From: Clostridia bacterium
Lineage (GTDB): Bacteria; Bacillota; Clostridia; Oscillospirales; CAG-272
DNA: 63,307 nt
NCBI GenBank assembly: GCA_017412675.1
Contig: JAFPWV010000014.1
Span: 1-63,307 of the forward strand
Direction of reading: 5' to 3'
The notes under the pieces were generated by a model, which saw nothing but the letters and a program-made list of their open reading frames with translations, searched no databases and was not told the DNA's origin. The position numbers and the translations under genes were made by a program. Shown in pieces: positions 46,017 through 53,282 of this stretch. Position 1 is the stretch's first letter; every line of letters starts with the position of its first letter.

Positions 46017-49000
46017 ATGGAAAAGAAAAAGAAACTCTACTGTGTTGCGAACGCACACCTCGACACCCAATGGAACTGGACCATCCAGGACACGATCCGC
46101 GACTGTGTGAAGAGCACCCTCGAGCGGAACTTCTACCTGATGGACAAGTATCCGCACTACCGTATGAACTTTGAAGGCGCGTTCCGCTACAAACTGGCGA
46201 AAGAGTACTACCCCGATCTCTACGAAAAGCTGAAGGGCTATATCGCAGAAGGCCGCTGGAACGTCGCGGGCTCCACCTGGGACGCCATGGACGCGAACGT
46301 CCCGTCCTCCGAGGCCCTCATGCGCCAGATCCTCTACGGGAACGGATTCTTTGAAAAGGAATTCGGCAAGAAGAGCACCGATATCTTCCTCACCGACTGC
46401 TTCGGCTTCCGCTATGCCCTGCCCTCCATCGAAGCGCACATGGGTCTGAACGGCTTCTCCACGCAGAAGCTCGTCTGGGGCGTCGGCTCCCCGATCTACA
46501 ACGAAGACGGCACCGTCACCCGTCCCGAACCCGAAGACCGCGACACACCCAGAGAACAGCGCAAGCCGCGCATGGACCTCGGCAAGTGGATCGGCCCGGA
46601 CGGAAAAGGCGTCGCCGTATCCCTCCTCGAGGGCGATTATACCTACAACTTCGACCGCGGCTTCGGTCCCGAGCATCGGACGGACGACCGCCCCGTCGGC
46701 GAGCGTCAGGAATACCTGCGCGCCATCGAGCACAACGAGAAATACACCGGCATCCCGTCCCGCTCCATGTACTTCGGCACGGGCGACTACGGCGGATCCT
46801 GCAAGGAGATCTCTGCGAAGATGCTGAACGAGGCGATCGACAAGAACGGCGAGAACCTCTACGAAGTCATCGCGGCCTCCACGGACGACCTCTTCAACGA
46901 CCTCACGCCCGAGGAATTCGACGCGCTCCCGACCTACGACGGCGAGCTTCTGATCCCGCACGGCTCCGGCGCCGTCACCTCCCACACCATCAACAAGAGA
47001 TGGAACCGCAAGAACGAGCTGCTCGCGGACTCCGCGGAAAGAGCGGCGGTCATGGCGGCATGGCTCGGCGCGTCCGAATACCCGGAGGAGCGCCTCCTCA
47101 CGGCATGGCAGACCTTCCTGTGGCATCAGTTCCACGACGACCTGCCCGGCACCTCCATCGCCGAAGCGTACGTCTTCACCTACAACGATTACGTCATCGC
47201 CCTCAACATGTTCGCGGCGGAGCTGAACAAGGCGGTCGGCGGCGCGGCAAAGGCCCTCGACACCAACGTGAAGGGCACGCCCGTCGTGGTCTACAACCCC
47301 GTCTCCACCGCGCGCAACGACATCGTCACCGTCTCGCCCATCGACATCGACAAGCCGTACGTCCGGGTGTTCGCGCCTTGTGGATGCGAAGTCCCCGCGC
47401 AGTACGACGCCGCGTCGAAGACCTTGAAATTCGCGGCGAAGACCCCCGCGGTCTCCTGCGCCGTCTTTGACATCCAGGCCTCCGACGAGCCCTCTCCGCT
47501 CGCCGCGTCCGTCACGGTCACCGCCCGCACGGTCGAGAACGAGCGCTATCTCGTCACCATCGATGAGAACGGCGACATCGCCTCCATCGTCGACAAGGCG
47601 AACGGCAATCAGGAACTCCTCTCCGCGCCCGCCGGACTCGAGATCGGCCCCGACACCTCGCAGAACTGGCCGTCTTGGGAGCTCGTCTGGACGGATTCCC
47701 TCGAAGAGCCGATCCGCGTGAAGGATGGCGTGAAGATCGAGATCGCGGAGAACGGCCCCGCCGTCTGCTCCCTGAAGATCACCCGCACGCACGGCGGCTC
47801 CACCTTCGAGCAGACCGTGCGCCTCACCGCCGGCGGACAGCGCGTCGACGTGGCCTGCAAGGTCGACTGGTTTGAGAGAGCCTCCAACCTCCGCGCCGCG
47901 TTCCCGCTCGCCGTCTCCAACCCGAAGGCCGCGTTCGACCTCGGGCTCGGCGCGATCGATTCCGGCAACACGGATTCCTTCCCGTACTATCAGCACGTCG
48001 TGCATCAGTGGGCGGACCTCACCGCCGAGGACGGCTCCTATGGTGTCTCGATCCTCAACGATTGCAAGTACGGCATGGACAAGCCGAACGACAACACCCT
48101 CCGCCTCACCCTCATCCACACGCCGCTCGCGCAGTTCTCCCCCGAATCCGGTCAGGACTGGCAGGACATGGGTCTCAACCTCTTCACGTATTCCATCATG
48201 GGTCACAAGGGTCCCCGGACCGGCGAGACCACGAAGGAAGCCGCGGAGCTGAACCAGCCCCAGATGTCCTTCCGTACCTCCCGTCACGGCGGCGCGAAGA
48301 AGGTCCTCTCCCTCGTCTCCGTCTCCGACGACGCGGCGATCATCCGCGCAGTCAAGAAGGACGAAAAAGGCAATCGGATCATCGTCCGCGTCCAGAACAC
48401 CGTCGGCCACGCGCTGAAGGACGTCAAGCTGACCTTTGCGGCCAACCTCACCTCCGTCACCGAGACCAACGGCTACGAGGACGAGATCGAGCCGGTGGCC
48501 TTCGACGGGAACACCCTCACCCTCGACTTCGGCAAGTACGGCGTCCGCACCTTCGCCGTCGAGCTCGAAGCGCCTGCCTGCGCCGTGGCTCCCGTGGAGT
48601 ATGTGCCGCTCGGGGTGCCCGTGGATAAGCGGATCACCTCCTATCAGTTCCGCCTCGATATGGGCGAGTTCGCCAAAGGGATCTCCATCCCCGGCGAGCT
48701 CTGGGAAGAACAGATCGTCTCCTCCGGCGTCCCGTTCTGGCAGCTCCGCGAAGAGATGAAGAACGCCATGACCTGCCGAGGCCAGACGTTCAAGATCCCC
48801 GCGGGCGCAACGAGCGTCTCCGTCCTCGCGGCCTCCGCAAACGGCGACAAGACCGTGACCTTCCGGGCGGGCGGCAAGGAGATCCCCGTCACCGTCCAGG
48901 ACTTCCACGACAACGTCGGCGCGTGGGATCAGCTCGTCAACGGCAAGACCCCGCTCATCAAGCGCGATGAGATCGCGAAGACCTTCACCCATACCCACGA

Positions 49001-49823
49001 CAAGGACGGCGACCGGCTCTACCTGTTCGCGTACCTGTTCCGGTATGAGATCCCGGTCTCGGGCGCGGACAGCCTCACCTTCCCGGACGACGAAGACATC
49101 CTCGTCACGGCTGCGACCGCCTCCTTCGAGACGGACTGTGTCGAGCCGTGGTGCGACCTCTACGACCGGGTCGAGACCTCCGACGCGCCCGTCCACACGC
49201 TGACCCTCATCAACTGCGCGGGCCACGAGACGAAGACCCTCTACCAGACCGGCAAGACCGCCCTCGTCCGCACGAGCCAGTATGACGACGGCTGGGTCTT
49301 CGAGGGCTGGGAAGGCGACTGCATCGCGGCGGTTTACGGCCCCGCGGCGGTCATCAAGATGCCCGATCACGACGTCACCGTGAAGATCAAGGCGGAAAAG
49401 CTCGGCCACGACATCCTCCTGAACAAGCCCGCCACCGCGATCCACGAGTTCAATGAGCGCGAGAAGGCGTGCAATGCCGTCAACGGCAACGACCGGACCA
49501 AGTGGTGCGCCGCGGACGAAAGCGGGAAGCTCTGGCTCACCGTCGACGCCGGGGATGTTTACAAGGTCAACCGCTGGTTCGTCATGCACGGCGGCGCGAT
49601 CGAGAGTCCCGGCTACAACACCCGCGACTTCAGCCTCCAGTACAAGGTGAACGAAGGCGACGAGTGGCAGACCGCGGACACCGTGACCGACAACCACGAC
49701 AACCAGACCCTGCGCGACTTCCCCGCCGTGGAGGGACGGTACTTCCGCCTGTGGGTCGACCGCGCGACCCAGCACCGCGATCCCACCGCAAGAATCTACA
49801 TGTTCCAGGTCTTTGAGGCGTAA
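46017..49823 (+). CDS. GH38 alpha-mannosidase with a C-terminal F5/8 type C (discoidin) domain
   Basis: The N-terminus AHLDTQWNW...DCFG carries GH38 catalytic motifs. Central and C-terminal GH38 domains follow. The last ~150 aa match the discoidin pattern (NGND.TKW......W..VD.G....V.R......GA........F.LQY...G..W). AAGGAG RBS. Confidence 0.9.
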   Translation: MEKKKKLYCVANAHLDTQWNWTIQDTIRDCVKSTLERNFYLMDKYPHYRMNFEGAFRYKLAKEYYPDLYEKLKGYIAEGRWNVAGSTWDAMDANVPSSEALMRQILYGNGFFEKEFGKKSTDIFLTDCFGFRYALPSIEAHMGLNGFSTQKLVWGVGSPIYNEDGTVTRPEPEDRDTPREQRKPRMDLGKWIGPDGKGVAVSLLEGDYTYNFDRGFGPEHRTDDRPVGERQEYLRAIEHNEKYTGIPSRSMYFGTGDYGGSCKEISAKMLNEAIDKNGENLYEVIAASTDDLFNDLTPEEFDALPTYDGELLIPHGSGAVTSHTINKRWNRKNELLADSAERAAVMAAWLGASEYPEERLLTAWQTFLWHQFHDDLPGTSIAEAYVFTYNDYVIALNMFAAELNKAVGGAAKALDTNVKGTPVVVYNPVSTARNDIVTVSPIDIDKPYVRVFAPCGCEVPAQYDAASKTLKFAAKTPAVSCAVFDIQASDEPSPLAASVTVTARTVENERYLVTIDENGDIASIVDKANGNQELLSAPAGLEIGPDTSQNWPSWELVWTDSLEEPIRVKDGVKIEIAENGPAVCSLKITRTHGGSTFEQTVRLTAGGQRVDVACKVDWFERASNLRAAFPLAVSNPKAAFDLGLGAIDSGNTDSFPYYQHVVHQWADLTAEDGSYGVSILNDCKYGMDKPNDNTLRLTLIHTPLAQFSPESGQDWQDMGLNLFTYSIMGHKGPRTGETTKEAAELNQPQMSFRTSRHGGAKKVLSLVSVSDDAAIIRAVKKDEKGNRIIVRVQNTVGHALKDVKLTFAANLTSVTETNGYEDEIEPVAFDGNTLTLDFGKYGVRTFAVELEAPACAVAPVEYVPLGVPVDKRITSYQFRLDMGEFAKGISIPGELWEEQIVSSGVPFWQLREEMKNAMTCRGQTFKIPAGATSVSVLAASANGDKTVTFRAGGKEIPVTVQDFHDNVGAWDQLVNGKTPLIKRDEIAKTFTHTHDKDGDRLYLFAYLFRYEIPVSGADSLTFPDDEDILVTAATASFETDCVEPWCDLYDRVETSDAPVHTLTLINCAGHETKTLYQTGKTALVRTSQYDDGWVFEGWEGDCIAAVYGPAAVIKMPDHDVTVKIKAEKLGHDILLNKPATAIHEFNEREKACNAVNGNDRTKWCAADESGKLWLTVDAGDVYKVNRWFVMHGGAIESPGYNTRDFSLQYKVNEGDEWQTADTVTDNHDNQTLRDFPAVEGRYFRLWVDRATQHRDPTARIYMFQVFEA

Positions 49824-50107
49824 TGCTTTAAATGTTGCAAACGCAAGGCGTTAGCTCCCCTCATCAGTCACTTCGTTGACAGCCCGAGTTCATCGGCGAT
49901 GAACTCGTCGACTTTGCAAGGCAAAGTCGGTTTCCCACACGGAGGGGGAAGCCTCACAACATGCAGCGTTTCCGAAAATGAAGACGGTTTCCATAAAAAA
50001 TTGGTGCCTGTTTCAGAAACGCGATGCACTTATTTAAATGCCTTCCCCCTTGGGCGGGTCGGTTTCAACAGGTTGAAACCGGGTGCCCTGATAGGGCGGA
50101 TGAGGGG
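49824..50107 (+). repeat. Structured ~285-bp repeat element, copy B (candidate ncRNA or MITE-like element)
   Basis: It begins at the nucleotide after the GH38 stop codon. Closing helix: 49857-49865 with 50099-50107. Hairpins: 49886-49906, 49909-49929 and 50060-50081. Long-range pairing: 49944-49951 with 50042-50049. Confidence 0.8.
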
Positions 50108-50193
50108 GAGCGAACGGCTCTTGATCGCTATATCAGCATAAAACAGCGAATTCTTAGAAAAATTAAGTCTTTGTTAGAAACCCCGTCAATCCC

Positions 50194-50222
50194 TTGCGGA
50201 CGGCGGGGTTTCGTGTTATAAT
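50194..50222 (+). promoter_or_regulatory. yccF promoter
   Basis: TTGCGG (50194-50199), a 17-nt spacer, then GTGTTATAAT (-10 at 50217-50222). It lies downstream of repeat copy B. Confidence 0.55.
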
Positions 50223-50252
50223 GAGGCCACGGAAAGAAAGGAGGCGGTCTTC

Positions 50253-50633
50253 ATGACGCTCATCGGCAATTTTCTCTGGCTCATCACGGGCGGGTTCCTC
50301 GCCGCCTTCGGGTGGTTCCTCGCGGGGATCTTCTGGCATCTCACGATCATCGGGATCCCGTGGGGACGGCAGTGCTTCAAGTTCGCCCGTCTCTCCCTCG
50401 CGCCGTTCGGAAAGGAAGTCCTTCCCGGCGGCGGCGCTCCCTCGCTCCTCGCAAACGTCATCTGGCTGCTCGGCTCCGGGTTCCCGATGGCGTGCGGACA
50501 TCTCCTCGCAGGCTTCCTGCTCTGCCTCACGATCGTCGGCATCCCCTTCGGACGCCAGCACTTCAAGCTCGCCCAGCTCGCGCTCTTCCCCTTCGGGGCG
50601 AAGGTGATCCCGCTCCGGGCAAGGAGGATCTGA
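50253..50633 (+). CDS. yccF: YccF domain-containing inner membrane protein
   Basis: Duplicated YccF motif (NF.W....G...A..W...G.....TIIGIP.G.Q.FK.A...L.PFG). AAGGAGG RBS. Confidence 0.85.
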   Translation: MTLIGNFLWLITGGFLAAFGWFLAGIFWHLTIIGIPWGRQCFKFARLSLAPFGKEVLPGGGAPSLLANVIWLLGSGFPMACGHLLAGFLLCLTIVGIPFGRQHFKLAQLALFPFGAKVIPLRARRI

Positions 50634-50634
50634 C

Positions 50635-50952
50635 ATGCGCGAGTTCTTTCACGGCCTCATTCCGGTCGAAGCCTGGATCTGGATCGTCTTCTTCCTGATC
50701 CCGCTTGCGGGGGCGGTCGTCTGGCAGGTTTTCCTCTGCCTCCGCGCGAAAAAGACATGGACGAAGTTCTGGCCGCTGATCGCCGCCGCGTGCATCCCCG
50801 CCGTCGTGTACGGATGCCATTTTCTCGACATCCTCCAGCCCGTTTTCGGCGGATTCGTCGGCGCGCTCCTGCTCGGGACGGCCGCATTCCTCGCAGCGGG
50901 CTCCCTCATCGGATGGGCGCTCTTCGGCATCGTCCGGCTCTCGAGGAAATAA
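50635..50952 (+). CDS. Hypothetical small membrane protein (3 TM segments)
   Basis: The ATG lies 1 nt after the yccF stop. There are three clear hydrophobic helices and a terminator follows. Confidence 0.55.
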   Translation: MREFFHGLIPVEAWIWIVFFLIPLAGAVVWQVFLCLRAKKTWTKFWPLIAAACIPAVVYGCHFLDILQPVFGGFVGALLLGTAAFLAAGSLIGWALFGIVRLSRK

Positions 50953-50990
50953 AAAAACAGCCGCAGGTGCGAAAAAGCCTGCGGCTGATG
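50951..50990. terminator. Bidirectional terminator between the yccF operon and the convergent ACT gene
   Basis: CAGCCGCAGG (50958-50967) pairs with CCTGCGGCTG (50978-50987). The A7 run on the left gives a T-run for the minus strand. Confidence 0.65.
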
Positions 50991-51002
50991 TTCTATATCA
51001 CG

Positions 51003-51473
51003 TCAGACGATCTCAAATCCGTTGAGGAGCGCCTGATACGCGCGGTCGGCGTCGCGCTCGGGAACGAGCATACAGATCTTGATCTCGCTCGTCGAGGTGT
51101 TGAGGATCCGCACGTCCGCGTCCCAGAGGCACTTGAAGACCTTCGCGGCGACGCCCGGTTTCCCCTGCATCCCCTCGCCCGAAACGGAGATCTTCACCGC
51201 CGTCGGGTCGATCTCGATCTGGGTCTCCTCATGCCCGCTGAATTCCCCTTCCAGGACTTCGCGGGCTTTTTCCGTATCCTCCGCGTGGATCGTGAAGATG
51301 AAATCGCTTCCGTGACCGACCGACGCGGTCTGCAGGATGATGTCGACGTCCACGCCGGCATCCGCGAGAGAGCCGAACGTCAGATACGCCACGCCCGGGA
51401 TCTCCGGAGGACGGCGCACATATACCACGGCGATGTTGTCATCGCGCTTGATCGAATGGATTCCGTACAGCAT
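51003..51473 (-). CDS. ACT domain-containing protein (aspartate-kinase regulatory-domain-like)
   Basis: Two ACT repeats (pattern V......PG.A...F..L...G.NVD.I). It lies 4 nt downstream of hom, a common Clostridial pairing. Confidence 0.75.
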   Translation of the reverse strand: MLYGIHSIKRDDNIAVVYVRRPPEIPGVAYLTFGSLADAGVDVDIILQTASVGHGSDFIFTIHAEDTEKAREVLEGEFSGHEETQIEIDPTAVKISVSGEGMQGKPGVAAKVFKCLWDADVRILNTSTSEIKICMLVPERDADRAYQALLNGFEIV

Positions 51474-51477
51474 GGGT

Positions 51478-52674
51478 TCACCTCAGAATGGGTAGGATCA
51501 CGGCGTCGGGGAGCGCACGTCGGACAGCGGCTGCCGTCACGTCCCCGGTCTCGAATTCCGCGTCGTCTCCGACCGGAATCACGGGACCGCACACCGCCTC
51601 GAGCTTTTCACGCGCCTGTGCCGCGCTGCCGTCCGCCCGGACATAGAACGGGAAGCGCTGCTCGTCAAACGGGATCGCCGCGCCGGGCATCCGCCGGAAC
51701 ACCGGGGCGAACTCCGCTTTCGCCGCGCCGGAGAGGATCGCCGCGACATCGGAGAGGACCGCGCCCGCCGTCGGAAGGCTGCCCGCACCGCGTCCGTAAT
51801 ACAGTATATCCCCGGTCACGGGACTTGTGACGGAGACCGCGTTGTAGACGCCGTTCACATGCGCGAGCGGATTTGCATTCCCGACGATCATCGGGGTGAC
51901 GCACGCCGAGAAGCGTCCGTCGTCCGAAATCGAGGTCCGCGCGATGAGCCGCAGGACGCCGCCCACCCGTTCCGCCGCCTCGATGTCGCGCACGGTGATC
52001 CCGCGGATCGAGCCCGCGTACACATCGCTGTCATCAGGCAGGATCCCGGAGGCGAGCGCCGTCAGAATGATGATCTTGCGTTTGGCGTCGATGCCGTCGA
52101 TGTCCGCCGAAGGGTCGCGCTCCGCGTATCCGAGCCGCTGTGCCTCCGCGAGCACCTCTCCGAACGCCCGGCCTTCGTCCTTCATCTTCGTGAGGATGTA
52201 GTTCGTCGTGCCGTTCACGATGCCGCAGATCTCCGTCACGCGGTCGGAGGCAAGGGAGGTGAGGAAGGGACGGATCAGCGGGATGCCGCCGCCGACCGAC
52301 GCCTCGAAGAGGTAGGAGACGCCGTGTTCCCTCGCTTTGCGGAGCAGCAGGTCGCCGTAGTTCGCCACGACCTCCTTGTTCGAGGACACGACGGATTTCC
52401 CGGCTTCCATCGCGGCGAGCGAATACTCGAGCGCCGGATGGCTGCCGCCCATCGTCTCGCAGACGAGCGCGACCTCGGGGTCGTCGAGGATCGGTGCGAT
52501 CTCGTGGATCACGCGGTCCGCGTAGGGGGAATCCGGGAAGTCCCGCAGATCGAGGATATATTTGATGCCGACCTCGTCGCCGATGGTGCGGGCGATTGCT
52601 GCCGCGTTCTGTTCGAGAACCCGCGCGATGCCGCTTCCGACGATGCCGAAGCCGAGTATGGCAATGTGTTTCAT
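51478..52674 (-). CDS. hom: Homoserine dehydrogenase
   Basis: N-terminal ILGFGIVGSG Rossmann motif, then GGGIP, GIVNGTTNYIL and AEADP-like (AERDPSADIDG) motifs. A candidate TGGTATAAT -10 lies at 52712-52704. Confidence 0.9.
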   Translation of the reverse strand: MKHIAILGFGIVGSGIARVLEQNAAAIARTIGDEVGIKYILDLRDFPDSPYADRVIHEIAPILDDPEVALVCETMGGSHPALEYSLAAMEAGKSVVSSNKEVVANYGDLLLRKAREHGVSYLFEASVGGGIPLIRPFLTSLASDRVTEICGIVNGTTNYILTKMKDEGRAFGEVLAEAQRLGYAERDPSADIDGIDAKRKIIILTALASGILPDDSDVYAGSIRGITVRDIEAAERVGGVLRLIARTSISDDGRFSACVTPMIVGNANPLAHVNGVYNAVSVTSPVTGDILYYGRGAGSLPTAGAVLSDVAAILSGAAKAEFAPVFRRMPGAAIPFDEQRFPFYVRADGSAAQAREKLEAVCGPVIPVGDDAEFETGDVTAAAVRRALPDAVILPILR

Positions 52675-52778
52675 GGGATGCCTCTCTGGTCCGATAATAG
52701 AAAATTATACCACAAATCCCCGTCCAAATCAAGGGGGACGGGGAGATTTCTGCATGGAAATTCAAAAAAAGGGGGTGT

Positions 52779-53204
52779 TTATGCGTTCTCTTCGCCGTCC
52801 TCTGCCGCCGGGGGAGCCGTCCGGTCCCCTTCTTCGGCGAAAGCAGCCTCGAAGAGCGTGCGGATGCGGTCGCCATCGCCCCGGAGCCAGAGCCAGCCGA
52901 AGAGGGTCTCGAGTCCGGTCGCGCGGCAGTATTCCGCGAGGGTGGCGGACTTCGGGATGTTCGTGTGGCCGATGTTGCGGCCGCGGCGGTATTCGTCGGC
53001 CTCCTCCTCGGTGAGAAGGGGGAGCAGTCTCTCGGCCGCCCTGCTCTGCATCTTCGCCGTAACATAGGCGAGCGCGTCGACGCTGGGCTGTTTGGCGCCG
53101 CGGCGGACGAGGGCTTCCCGGACCGAGAGCTCCCAGACGCAGTCGCCGAGATAGGCCAGCCGGGACGCGGAGACGAGGGAGGGGTTGATGGAATCGTCGG
53201 GCAT
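52779..53204 (-). CDS. mrnC: Mini-ribonuclease 3
   Basis: 141 aa with the LAYLGDCVWEL RNase III signature-like motif and no dsRBD. Confidence 0.85.
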   Translation of the reverse strand: MPDDSINPSLVSASRLAYLGDCVWELSVREALVRRGAKQPSVDALAYVTAKMQSRAAERLLPLLTEEEADEYRRGRNIGHTNIPKSATLAEYCRATGLETLFGWLWLRGDGDRIRTLFEAAFAEEGDRTAPPAAEDGEENA

Positions 53205-53224
53205 GGGTTTGCTTCCTTTGTGCT

Positions 53225-53265
53225 GAAAAAGTCAGGCGGGGGAAAAACGTTCGGTTCTTCCCCCG
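53225..53265 (-). terminator. Terminator after the transglutaminase gene
   Basis: On the minus strand, CGGGGGAA pairs with TTCCCCCG (53265-53258 with 53244-53237), followed by CCTGACTTTTTC. Confidence 0.55.
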
Positions 53266-53282
53266 TTCTGTCGTATTCCGAA

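Noticed and set aside
45948-49775. 1275-aa minus-strand ORF antisense to the GH38 gene
   Set aside because: It is a shadow frame. The GH38 frame has a strong RBS and family motifs along its full length, while the antisense product is V/G/D/E/R/A low-complexity.
50175-50215. Hairpin GAAACCCCG...CGGGGTTTC followed by GTGTT, considered as a terminator for the repeat-B RNA
   Set aside because: The 3' arm and the following bases coincide with the spacer and extended -10 of a well-formed yccF promoter. The same GGG.TTT(C)GTG.TA..AT pattern recurs at other promoters (30650, 34285, 32448). It is more likely a promoter than a terminator, though a dual role is not excluded.
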